This document shows positions 26,805 through 34,540 of a stretch of DNA of 58,727 nt, one piece after another. The notes under the pieces were generated by a model. It had not been told where the DNA came from. It searched no databases and saw nothing but the letters and a program-made list of their open reading frames with translations. Each line of letters begins with the position of its first letter. The first letter of the stretch is position 1. Source of the stretch: Alphaproteobacteria bacterium (GTDB taxonomy: Bacteria; Pseudomonadota; Alphaproteobacteria; UBA7879; VGCX01); the NCBI GenBank assembly GCA_016869935.1, contig VGCX01000001.1:1-58727 (forward strand), in the 5' to 3' direction. A program made the translations under genes and the position numbers.

Positions 26805-26849
26805 TACAATCTCCAAATTTATGAAACATTCGCTTAACAAGGCCATCTT

Positions 26850-26877
26850 AATCTATTAGAAGGCTTAAATTTGTCAA
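26850..26877 (-). promoter_or_regulatory. Sigma70-like promoter TTGACA-N16-TAGATT for peptide copy 3
   Basis: On the minus strand TTGACA is at 26877-26872 and TAGATT at 26855-26850. Confidence 0.55.
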
Positions 26878-26928
26878 CTTTTCATTGAAAAAATTTCGAT
26901 AATGTATAATCAAAAAAAACACCTTGAT

Positions 26929-26946
26929 ATAACCATACATGGTTAT
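26929..26946. promoter_or_regulatory. Second copy of palindrome ATAACCAT-AC-ATGGTTAT, upstream of the MFS transporter gene
   Basis: Identical 18-mer, about 115 bp upstream of the MFS start at 27061. Confidence 0.45.
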
Positions 26947-27060
26947 GAAAAAATTCATATTTTAATAAAAGTTTTTTGTTTAGAAATTCTTTGAATTAAA
27001 TTTGAAAAGACTACCCTCAGACCCTTGTCAATCATTGGGCTTTCTATTATAAGTATTTTC

Positions 27061-28299
27061 ATGCGTGAAAAAACAAAACAATCTGTTATCTACACCGTCT
27101 TCAGCCACATATACGAACACTATGAAAATAGCTTGTTTACCTTTGTTGCGCCTTTTTTTGCAACGGCTTTTTTTGAGCCAGGTGAGAATGCGCGAATGGG
27201 TGTTTTTTATGCAATGGCAACAAGCTTTATCATGCGACCCATTGGGGCTGTCATTTTTTCATGGATTGGAGACAAGCAAGGACGTCGAAAAGCCTTAATG
27301 TATTCTATTTCCCTGTGTGTCTTTCCTGCCGTTTTGATTGCAGTCCTCCCCCCTTATGAACTTATAGGAGGATGGGCTTCTGCAGGGTTGATTCTGGTCC
27401 GTGTTCTTCAAGGGATCAGCGTTGGTGGCGGGTTTTATGCAACGCTTACCTTGATTTCAGAAACAGACCAAGCATCAAAAAGAAACTTACTTTTGGGTGT
27501 TTCTTTAGCCTTCGGGTTTGTCGGGGCAATTCTTGGAACTCTTTTGTCAAAGTTTTTTATGAAACCAGAGCTTCCGTCTTATGCCTGGCGGATTCCTTTT
27601 GTTATTGGCGCTGTTTACGGGTTAGCTTTATTTTATTTTAAACAATCTATCAAAGAAAGTACTGTCTGGGAAAAAGCAGAGCACTCCCATTCATTGGTTC
27701 CTTTTTTCGAGGCTGTACGCTATCATTTGAAAAATATTATAGCTGTATTTTTGTTTGGTATGGCCATTCTGTCGCCTTTTTATGTAGTATCAGCCTGGCT
27801 TCCTGGAAAAATTACAGCGCTGTTTCAACATCATGCCACAGACATGCTGATGATAACGTCGATTTTAATGACTGTTTGCGGTCTGGGAATTGTCTTGTGC
27901 GCGTGGCTTAGCACATGGATTAAGCCAAAAGTTATGCTAACGATCGGCTGTTTTTGCCTTTTGGGATGCTTTTTCTTTTTATTCCACGCGCTTAACACTT
28001 TGGACTATTCTATGATTCTAACGGCTCAATACCTTGTAACTATTACGACAGCGATTTTGTCTGCTCCCGCTTTTTTGATAATTCAACAGTTGTTTCCTGT
28101 ACGTTATAAATTTTCAGGATTTGCCGTTCCCTTTGCCGTTGGGCAAGGGGTATTTTTAGGTCCAACCCCTATTTTATGTGAGAAAATCTCTAAAATAACA
28201 GGGACCCTTTCTTCCAGTGCTTATATTATACTCGTTGGACTGCTTTTTATTGCCATTGCTACGTACATAGCACAACCTCAAAAAAATATTTTCCGCTAG
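27061..28299 (+). CDS. MFS transporter, metabolite:H+ symporter (ProP/MHS-like) family
   Basis: About 12 TM segments and the MHS-type loop motif GAVIFSWIGDKQGRRKAL. I prefer the ATG at 27061 over the ORF-track TTG at 27025. Confidence 0.8.
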   Translation: MREKTKQSVIYTVFSHIYEHYENSLFTFVAPFFATAFFEPGENARMGVFYAMATSFIMRPIGAVIFSWIGDKQGRRKALMYSISLCVFPAVLIAVLPPYELIGGWASAGLILVRVLQGISVGGGFYATLTLISETDQASKRNLLLGVSLAFGFVGAILGTLLSKFFMKPELPSYAWRIPFVIGAVYGLALFYFKQSIKESTVWEKAEHSHSLVPFFEAVRYHLKNIIAVFLFGMAILSPFYVVSAWLPGKITALFQHHATDMLMITSILMTVCGLGIVLCAWLSTWIKPKVMLTIGCFCLLGCFFFLFHALNTLDYSMILTAQYLVTITTAILSAPAFLIIQQLFPVRYKFSGFAVPFAVGQGVFLGPTPILCEKISKITGTLSSSAYIILVGLLFIAIATYIAQPQKNIFR

Positions 28300-28743
28300 C
28301 TATTCACCTAAAGAAGACTTAAGAATCCATATGTTTTTTGTGTGAATGCTCAAACGTTCTGTAGCAAGGGCTTCCGTAACAGAGTCTTCCTCTTTTTTAG
28401 CCTCTATCAAAAGTAAATTTAGATGATCAATAATTGTTTGATGCCCTCTAATCAAATCCTTGATCATTCCCTCTGCGTTTTCAGGGAGATCGTCAAATGA
28501 GAGCGCTGTATGTGTTTTTAGAAAATCAAAACTTACAGGAACTTTTTCGCCTAAAGCACTGATGCGCTCTGCCAGTGAATCGATTGCTGGAACCATTGAA
28601 AGATACTGAGATTCAAAAAGAGTATGATAACTATAAAAATGAGGACCTTTCACATTCCAATGATATCGCTGCGTTTTTAAATAAAGAGCATAAGTATCGC
28701 TAAAAACATTAAAAAGAAGATTTAAAACAGTTTTGTTAGACAT
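28300..28743 (-). CDS. dps: Dps-family DNA-protection/ferritin-like protein
   Basis: 147 aa with LKTQRYHWNVKGPHFYSYHTLFE and ferroxidase-centre residues. Confidence 0.9.
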   Translation of the reverse strand: MSNKTVLNLLFNVFSDTYALYLKTQRYHWNVKGPHFYSYHTLFESQYLSMVPAIDSLAERISALGEKVPVSFDFLKTHTALSFDDLPENAEGMIKDLIRGHQTIIDHLNLLLIEAKKEEDSVTEALATERLSIHTKNIWILKSSLGE

Positions 28744-28763
28744 GATTTCCTCCGGTTTTTTGC

Positions 28764-29255
28764 CTAAGACATTTGAAATAAATGAAGCGTTGCATAAGAA
28801 AAATGTTCGAGCCGATTGTTTTGATGCCCTTCTGTGGTGGGGTCTTCGCCGTCAACAGGGGGAATCAAAATTTTTAGCATGAGCGATTTATCCTCTTCCT
28901 TATAAAATAAATCTTGGACAAGGGCATGTTCACGCCGCGGCACAGGAAAGGGTATCTCAACCGAAACAAAAAAGGATTCTTGGCTCATGGTTTTGATTTC
29001 ATGCCAATTCTTTAAAAAATCATCCCTAGAAATACTTTTAAAAATATCTTTGGGATTTTCCTTAGAAAAATACAAAAACTCTTCAGAGGGCTTTTTCAAA
29101 GTTATTACTCCCTCTGTCCCGTCATTCCGCCACTGAATTTTCATATCATACCCTTCAATGACATAAAGTCGACTCGGAAGTTTTGAATAGTCCGCCAACG
29201 AATATCCAAGGATAAACGCAGAGAGAAAAATTAAAATGCCTGTTAATAGTTTCAT
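28764..29255 (-). CDS. Hypothetical secreted protein (163 aa)
   Basis: Signal/TM sequence MKLLTGILIFLSAFILGYS. I recognise no family. Confidence 0.4.
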   Translation of the reverse strand: MKLLTGILIFLSAFILGYSLADYSKLPSRLYVIEGYDMKIQWRNDGTEGVITLKKPSEEFLYFSKENPKDIFKSISRDDFLKNWHEIKTMSQESFFVSVEIPFPVPRREHALVQDLFYKEEDKSLMLKILIPPVDGEDPTTEGHQNNRLEHFSYATLHLFQMS

Positions 29256-29386
29256 GATACTATTATAACAAGCTGAAAATAAAAGCGCCAGAGTTTATCA
29301 AGATCATTCTTAGAGGAACAAATCTCCCCCCTTGAATAAAATAAAACTCCCTCTTATACTGAAAAACAAGCAGTGAGGCATAATCA

Positions 29387-29785
29387 ATGAATAACAATAA
29401 TCAAATTGCTGACAAGATCTATATCACATCTCAGCCTGTTTTTTTGGAAGAAGAATCATCTCCTTTTCGGGATCAGTTTGTGTGGGCTTATCATATTACC
29501 ATTAAAAACCTAAGTGACTGTCCTATTAAAATTCGCAAACGGCACTGGCTGATTACAGAATCCAGGGGTATTCAGCAGGAAATTAAGGGCAATGGAGTTG
29601 TAGGACAAGAACCAATGTTACAGCCCGGGGAAAGTTTTGTGTATACGAGCGGCGCTTTGCTTTCTTCCCCTTCAGGAATGATGGAAGGCAATTACGAAAT
29701 TGAATGCGATGATGGCCCTTGTTTTTTGGTCCCCATTCCTGCATTTTCTCTTGACAGTCCTCATGAAAAGAGCCTTATTCACTAA
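29387..29785 (+). CDS. apaG: ApaG (DUF525) protein
   Basis: 132 aa with W.YHITI.N, HW.IT...G and GVVGQEP.L.PGESF.YTSG motifs. Confidence 0.88.
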   Translation: MNNNNQIADKIYITSQPVFLEEESSPFRDQFVWAYHITIKNLSDCPIKIRKRHWLITESRGIQQEIKGNGVVGQEPMLQPGESFVYTSGALLSSPSGMMEGNYEIECDDGPCFLVPIPAFSLDSPHEKSLIH

Positions 29786-29788
29786 GCA

Positions 29789-31240
29789 ATGATTCACTAT
29801 CGCTCGATCTTTTTCTTTGTGGGGTGGCTTCTGCTTGTTTTAGCAGTGGCAATGCTTTTTCCACTCGCTTTTGAAGTAGCACTTCATGGGAACGATATTA
29901 AGGCCTATGGGTTAAGTTCAGCGATTACTTTGTTTTTGGGTGGATTACTTGTATCCTCTCATCAAACAGATCATGTGCTGGCTCTTGGAAAAAGAGATAC
30001 ATTCTTGCTGACAGTTTTCAGTTGGACCATTTCCATTTTATTCTCGGCCCTTCCTTTTCTTTTTTCTATGACGAACATATCGTTAACCGATGCTTTCTTT
30101 GAAAGTATTTCTGGAATGACGACAACGGGGGCAACTGTTTTAACAGATCTTGACCATAGTCCTGTTGGGATTCTTGTATGGCGCGCCATACTTCAATGGC
30201 TTGGAGGCATTGGAATCGTCGTAATGGCACTGACAATCATGGCAGACCTTCGTATTGGAGGCATGGAGCTTTTTCAAACAGACGGAGGCGATCCAACAGA
30301 AAAGCTTTTCCCTCGCATTCGCCAAGTAGCGCATACGATCTTTTTATCCTATATTGGAGTCACTATGGTTGGGATTGCTGCGCTTTACACCGCAAAGCTT
30401 TCTTTTGTTGATGCTTTCTGCCACGCGCTAACATCGATTGCAACTGGGGGATTTGCCAACTATGATACATCAATAGGGCATTATGACAGCCTGTCTGTTC
30501 CTTTGATTTTAACAGTCATTATGATTATCGGAGGATGTTCACAATTGCTCTTTGCGCGGTTGTGGATTGGGAAATATACAACACTTTTAGACGACTCTCA
30601 GCTTAGAACTTATATTAAAATTCTTTTGTTTATTGTTCTGAGCGTTTCTTTGTGGCGTCTTCTTAATAGTCAAAATCCTTCTTTTAAGATGTTGGTCCAT
30701 ACTTTGTTCAATATTACCTCTGTTATGACCACCACAGGATTTGCATCCGAGGACTATACAGCCTGGGGACCTTTTGCGATGATTCTCTTTTTTATTCTTC
30801 CCTTAATAGGCGGCTGCACAGGATCAACAACCGGAGGACTTAAAGTTTTTCGCCTTCAAGTGATTGCAGCTGTTATTATGATACAGCTTAAAAAATTGCG
30901 GCGGCCTCATGGTATTTTCTTGCCGAAATTCAAAGGCAAAGAACTTTCAGAAAGCTTAGTTCAATCCATTATTGGATTTGTTATGCTCTTTTTCTTATCT
31001 TGGTTTGTCCTTGCTCTTATTTTAAGTTTTCTAAATCTTGATTTTGTCACTGCACTTTCTGCTGCTTGTGCGATGCTCACAAACCTAGGCCCAGGCCTTG
31101 GTCCCCTCGTTGGCCCTGAGGGTACGTATGCTGGGTTTGCACCCGAAGTTAAATGGTGCCTAATGATTGGGATGCTTTTTGGGCGTTTAGAACTTCTTAC
31201 CCTTTATATTTTGTTTCTTCCTTCTTTTTGGAAAGATTGA
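29789..31240 (+). CDS. trkH: Trk-type potassium uptake protein TrkH
   Basis: 483-aa polytopic protein with repeated selectivity-filter-like MTTTG/ATGG/TTTGF/TGG segments typical of TrkH. Confidence 0.9.
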   Translation: MIHYRSIFFFVGWLLLVLAVAMLFPLAFEVALHGNDIKAYGLSSAITLFLGGLLVSSHQTDHVLALGKRDTFLLTVFSWTISILFSALPFLFSMTNISLTDAFFESISGMTTTGATVLTDLDHSPVGILVWRAILQWLGGIGIVVMALTIMADLRIGGMELFQTDGGDPTEKLFPRIRQVAHTIFLSYIGVTMVGIAALYTAKLSFVDAFCHALTSIATGGFANYDTSIGHYDSLSVPLILTVIMIIGGCSQLLFARLWIGKYTTLLDDSQLRTYIKILLFIVLSVSLWRLLNSQNPSFKMLVHTLFNITSVMTTTGFASEDYTAWGPFAMILFFILPLIGGCTGSTTGGLKVFRLQVIAAVIMIQLKKLRRPHGIFLPKFKGKELSESLVQSIIGFVMLFFLSWFVLALILSFLNLDFVTALSAACAMLTNLGPGLGPLVGPEGTYAGFAPEVKWCLMIGMLFGRLELLTLYILFLPSFWKD

Positions 31241-31470
31241 TATCATAAAATAAAAATAATAATTGGGAGAACTTTCATGCGACTTATTGGGGCATTTTTT
31301 ATTTTTTCAGTGACGTATGCAACCATCATTTCGATCCTTTAAAGATTGAATTGTTGCAAAAGGGCATCTTATAAGCCTTTTAGAGAAGAAAACTGTTGAT
31401 CTGGTTTAGATAAAATGCGACAGTAAATTATAAAGATATAGAAGCATAAAGATTTTTAGGAGGATTAATA

Positions 31471-31674
31471 ATGAAAAAATTACTTTTAGCTACAGTATTA
31501 GTCGTAACAGGACTTGGTTTGTCTTCTTGTGTAACACAAGGATCAAAAAGGGAAGGGTATGACTCTGAAGCGTGTCGGTCTAAATGTCAACGCCTTGGAC
31601 AAACTGTTTCCGTAACTGCAAGCGCCGAAGCTGGTCGTTGCATTTGCAGAAACGATTCGTCAAACGAAGGTTAA
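31471..31674 (+). CDS. Small Cys-rich lipoprotein (67 aa)
   Basis: AGGAGG RBS and lipobox LSSC, with four further Cys. A strong terminator follows. Confidence 0.5.
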   Translation: MKKLLLATVLVVTGLGLSSCVTQGSKREGYDSEACRSKCQRLGQTVSVTASAEAGRCICRNDSSNEG

Positions 31675-31710
31675 AAAAATTTAAAGTTTCTTTCTCTCTC
31701 TTTTTAAAAA

Positions 31711-31737
31711 CCCTCTCTGCACAGAGAGGGTTTTTTT
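31711..31737. terminator. Bidirectional rho-independent terminator between convergent genes
   Basis: The hairpin ccctctctg-ca-cagagaggg is flanked by aaaaa upstream and ttttttt downstream. Confidence 0.7.
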
Positions 31738-31740
31738 ATA

Positions 31741-32301
31741 CTAGACTTTGTAAAATAGGTGATTTCCAAATCGTCCAACGGGTTTAACTTTCTTGTTCTT
31801 AGCCCACAGAGGTCTTTTCTTAAGATGAACGCTATGATAATGGGTTGCACCATTGGTTGGATCTATAGTGCGATTTAGAGTCATTATTGCTGCCCGGTAG
31901 GCACGCCTGAAGTCCACATCATCAAGTGTGGCATTTTTTAGAAAATGACAATTTGGATCATTTTTATTCCAGCACGAAAACTGTGCTTCCTCTAAAACAA
32001 CTGTTTTTGGGGAATTAGACCAGTTTTTGTGGCCAACTCGGTTCATAATCACGTGGCCAATTGCAAAAAGCGCTCTATCACTTTTTTCTCCACGGGCTTC
32101 CCCATAAATAGTTCGAGCCATAATATCAATATCTATCCGTCTTTGAGGGGCAAGGGATCCAATTTCTTTTTCTATGCCCAAACGTGAAGCGCCATTCATT
32201 CTATGATCTACCGGTAATACTTTTTCCAAGAACCGCAGACCCATTAAAAAAGGGAGGCTCCAGATAAATATTAATTTCGTCAAGAAAGGTAATTTTTTCA
32301 T
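31741..32301 (-). CDS. SleB-like cell wall hydrolase (Hydrolase_2 family)
   Basis: IYGEARGE, AIGHVIMNRV, QFSCWN and GATHYH motifs, with signal sequence MKKLPFLTKLIFIW. I prefer the start at 32301. Confidence 0.8.
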   Translation of the reverse strand: MKKLPFLTKLIFIWSLPFLMGLRFLEKVLPVDHRMNGASRLGIEKEIGSLAPQRRIDIDIMARTIYGEARGEKSDRALFAIGHVIMNRVGHKNWSNSPKTVVLEEAQFSCWNKNDPNCHFLKNATLDDVDFRRAYRAAIMTLNRTIDPTNGATHYHSVHLKKRPLWAKNKKVKPVGRFGNHLFYKV

Positions 32302-32384
32302 GATTTCCCCAACGCTTATACTTTGCATACAAGACATATAGGAAGGGACTTTAAGAAAAACAAGAGGGGGAGTGTTTTGGAGCC

Positions 32385-32960
32385 CTAAGACGGAACAGCT
32401 CGTACCTCTAAAACCTCTGGCACATAGTGCTTGAGCATACTTTCAATGCCTGATTTTAGGGTAAAAGATGAACTAGGGCAGCCCGAGCAGGCACCGCGAA
32501 GCTTTAAGAAAACAATACCCTCTTGGAATTTGGAAAAAACAATATCGCCCCCATCGACCGCAACAGCTGGTCGAATACGGGCTTCAATCAGATCTTTGAT
32601 CTGCTCAACAATCTGTAATTCTTCTTCTGTATACGTAATGTCAGTTTCTTCAAGATCCTCATAAATATCAGAAAGAATAGGTTTTTGTGCCAGCAAATGG
32701 TCCATTAAGGTACTTAAAATAAAGGGCTTTAAAGTGTCCCAGTCGGCATCATTATCTTTAGTAATGCTGACAAAGTCTTCCCCAATAAAAACCCGAGTGA
32801 TCCCATCAATGTCAAAAAAGCGTGTGGCAAGGGGGCTTTTTTGGGCCTCTTCCCGTGACGCGAAATCAGCAGATCCTGTCATGAGCAAGATAATACCTGG
32901 AATAAACTTGAGGGTTAAGGGGTTTGGGGTTTCTTGAGTTTGAATAAACATACCATTCAC
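32385..32960 (-). CDS. NFU-type iron-sulfur cluster scaffold/carrier (Nfu_N + NifU C-terminal domain)
   Basis: MFIQTQETPNPLTLKF N-domain and the CSGCPSS cluster motif. The start could instead be 32951. Confidence 0.85.
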   Translation of the reverse strand: MNGMFIQTQETPNPLTLKFIPGIILLMTGSADFASREEAQKSPLATRFFDIDGITRVFIGEDFVSITKDNDADWDTLKPFILSTLMDHLLAQKPILSDIYEDLEETDITYTEEELQIVEQIKDLIEARIRPAVAVDGGDIVFSKFQEGIVFLKLRGACSGCPSSSFTLKSGIESMLKHYVPEVLEVRAVPS

Positions 32961-33050
32961 TATTTCTTAAGGAAAATATAGGAGCTTTTTGGAAAAGCTG
33001 CAAGAGTGAAGCTAATTTTCAAAACCTCAATAGTCTTTTAAAAGCAGAGT

Positions 33051-33073
33051 TTTAAGAAGTTGCGAATAAATCT
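33051..33073. repeat. 23-bp boundary repeat tttaagaagttgcgaataaatct (copy 1), spanning the stop and last codons of the antitoxin
   Basis: Identical to 33854-33876. It encodes the shared C-terminal LFATS* of two otherwise unrelated antitoxins. Confidence 0.9.
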
Positions 33074-33378
33074 TCTTTTGGAACAATTTGGAACTTTAGT
33101 CCTAATCCATCCAAAATCATCCCAATGGTTTCGATTTTTGGTTGACGCTTGGCAGACAAAACTTTGTATAAGTTTTGACGGTTTAATGCCGTTCTTTTAG
33201 CAAGTGCCCCGACCCCACCCTGTGATTCAGTCACATCTTTAATCGCCTTTAAAAAGCAAGCTACGTTATGGTCTCGTTTAAAATCTAGTAATGCTTCTGT
33301 TAGATATAAAGCAGCATCCTGTGGATCTTTAAGCTCCTCAATGTTGTAGGCGTGAAATGATCTGATTGTGTGTTGCAT
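33052..33378 (-). CDS. Addiction-module antidote protein (HTH, HigA-2-like)
   Basis: 108 aa. YNIEELKDPQDAALYL...GGVGALAKRTALNRQNLYKVLS is typical of this antidote family. It is paired with an upstream killer gene. Confidence 0.8.
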   Translation of the reverse strand: MQHTIRSFHAYNIEELKDPQDAALYLTEALLDFKRDHNVACFLKAIKDVTESQGGVGALAKRTALNRQNLYKVLSAKRQPKIETIGMILDGLGLKFQIVPKEDLFATS

Positions 33379-33691
33379 TTTTTATGTCCTTCCAATATCT
33401 AATCGCTTTTTTAATATCTTCGGCTTGAGAAGCCTTATGTCCACCACAAAGAAGAAAAATCGTTAAATCACCTTGTAGCCCAAAATAAACACGGTATCCC
33501 GAGTTAAAGAAAAATCTAAGCTCATAAACACCAAAACCTAAAAATTTATAGCCCCCAAAATGTCCTATTTCTAGTTGTGCGACTCTTTTTCTAATCCTTA
33601 GCTGCACCACTTTATCAAGAGATTTAAGCCAATCTATAAAAGGCTCTCTTTCTTCAAATGTTTTGTAGATAAGAACATGTTTAAAGCTCAA
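33338..33691 (-). CDS. RelE/ParE-superfamily addiction-module killer protein (Gp49/HigB-2-like)
   Basis: 117 aa with a TTG start preceded by AGGAG. Motifs: F..WL..L.......I..R...L..G.FG..K.LG.GVYELR...GYRVYF. Confidence 0.8.
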   Translation of the reverse strand: MSFKHVLIYKTFEEREPFIDWLKSLDKVVQLRIRKRVAQLEIGHFGGYKFLGFGVYELRFFFNSGYRVYFGLQGDLTIFLLCGGHKASQAEDIKKAIRYWKDIKNATHNQIISRLQH

Positions 33692-33707
33692 GACTTACTT
33701 ACTCCTG

Positions 33708-33736
33708 ATAGTATCCTATGGGCGACAATTTGTCAA
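33708..33736 (-). promoter_or_regulatory. Promoter TTGACA-N17-TACTAT with overlapping palindrome GACAA-t-TTGTC for TA cassette 1
   Basis: Read on the minus strand. The palindrome at 33724-33734 overlaps the -35 element. Confidence 0.55.
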
Positions 33737-33748
33737 ATTCTTTAACAA

Positions 33749-33802
33749 ATCATGGAAAGAAGAATGGCTGAAGTCCAGTTGAAAAAAAGGAATTTTTTCA
33801 AC
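33749..33802. repeat. 54-bp repeat with internal hairpin gttgaaaaaa-N5-ttttttcaac (copy 1), upstream of TA cassette 1
   Basis: 53/54 identical to 34541-34594. Confidence 0.9.
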
Positions 33803-33853
33803 TAAATAGTAGGATTTTTATGTCTATTGAGGCGGTTAGTAAAGCTTCTTTAA

Positions 33854-33876
33854 TTTAAGAAGTTGCGAATAAATCT
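33854..33876. repeat. 23-bp boundary repeat (copy 2)
   Basis: Identical to 33051-33073. Confidence 0.9.
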
Positions 33877-34187
33877 CCATGTGATTGGATCAATTTCAAC
33901 TCTGGAGCTATTTTTTTCTCGGCGTGCCACAAGTCAAAGTTCTGCTGCATCCGCAACCAAAAAGAGGGCGTACCGCCACAAAATCGGGCAAGCTTTAGAG
34001 CCATTTCTGGCGTAACGGATGCCTTTTCTGCCATAATTTTATGAAGAGTTTGGCGCGAGATTCTAAGATGAGCCGCCGCTTCTTTGACAGAGAGTTTTAA
34101 AGCCGGCAAAACATCTTCCAAAAGAATAGCCCCAGGATGTGTTGGAGGGCGTATTAAAGGTTCTTTTACAGTATAAATCATCTTCAT
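33855..34187 (-). CDS. higA: HigA-family antitoxin (XRE HTH)
   Basis: 110 aa. THPGAILLEDVL...LSVKEAAAHLRISRQTLHKIMAEKASVTPEMALKLARFCGGTPSFWLRMQ is the canonical HigA/VapI pattern. Confidence 0.85.
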   Translation of the reverse strand: MKMIYTVKEPLIRPPTHPGAILLEDVLPALKLSVKEAAAHLRISRQTLHKIMAEKASVTPEMALKLARFCGGTPSFWLRMQQNFDLWHAEKKIAPELKLIQSHGDLFATS

Positions 34188-34192
34188 CTCCT

Positions 34193-34468
34193 TTAGTGGT
34201 ATTGCTCAAAGTCAACAAGCTTCACCAGTTGATCTTCCCATTCAAACGTCAAACAACAAGGCCCGTTCACGTGAAAGGTAAATCGCAGGGGACTACCTTC
34301 TAATGAATGAAAGTTAAAACCGGCTATGTTCAAATCTTTTAAGGCTTCCGCATTATGTAGCACATCAAGTCTTCGCAAAATTCGCTTATGAAAAGCAGGC
34401 GATATTTTAGCTGTGTGGCCTGTTATAAAAAGCTCTTTTAATCCCTTATGTTTAAAACTTTGAATCAT
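34193..34468 (-). CDS. higB: HigB toxin (plasmid maintenance system killer family)
   Basis: 91 aa. MIQSFKHKGLKELF..G....I........RL..L and the family C-terminus FEQYH. Confidence 0.85.
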   Translation of the reverse strand: MIQSFKHKGLKELFITGHTAKISPAFHKRILRRLDVLHNAEALKDLNIAGFNFHSLEGSPLRFTFHVNGPCCLTFEWEDQLVKLVDFEQYH

Positions 34469-34472
34469 TTTA

Positions 34473-34501
34473 TGAGTAGCCTATTTTACGACATATGTCA
34501 A
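34473..34501 (-). promoter_or_regulatory. Promoter TTGACA-N17-TACTCA with overlapping palindrome GACATATGTC for higBA; near-leaderless
   Basis: Only 4 nt separate the -10 element from the higB ATG and no RBS is visible. The palindrome at 34490-34499 overlaps the -35 element. Confidence 0.5.
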
Positions 34502-34540
34502 TTATTGGTTTACAATTAATGTTTTTATTCCCTTAAAAGA

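Larger units (their letters stand above)
25705..26990. repeat. Three tandem ~410-470-bp modules: LysR 3' end or relic, then a 22-codon peptide gene, then a divergent promoter region
   Basis: Anchor words recur in phase. ctggattttt occurs at 25762, 26231 and 26651. aatttgtcaa occurs at 26041, 26461 and 26868. aaaaaaatctaat(t/a)ttaatataaaagctaattaaaaaaagactcc occurs at 26121 and 26541. Confidence 0.85.

Noticed and set aside
26643-26837. 64-aa plus-strand ORF in the ORF track (MLNWIFATRNKLCTS...)
   Set aside because: It begins inside the degenerate LysR 3' relic of module 3 (compare FMVDWIFMCRDKSL of the intact gene) and reads through non-homologous sequence. It has no RBS, and the equivalent frame in module 2 terminates early.
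25900-27000. Possible CRISPR array, because of the conspicuous repeated sequence in a ~1.2-kb gene-free region
   Set aside because: The repeat unit is about 410-470 bp, not 25-40 bp. There is no short direct-repeat/spacer periodicity and no cas genes in the window. The repeats are explained by tandem LysR/peptide modules.
33749-33802. 17-codon plus-strand ORF (MERRMAEVQLKKRNFFN*) inside the 54-bp TA-flanking repeat
   Set aside because: It has no RBS, and in the second repeat copy the frame reads through into unrelated sequence. The conserved feature is the hairpin, not a coding frame.
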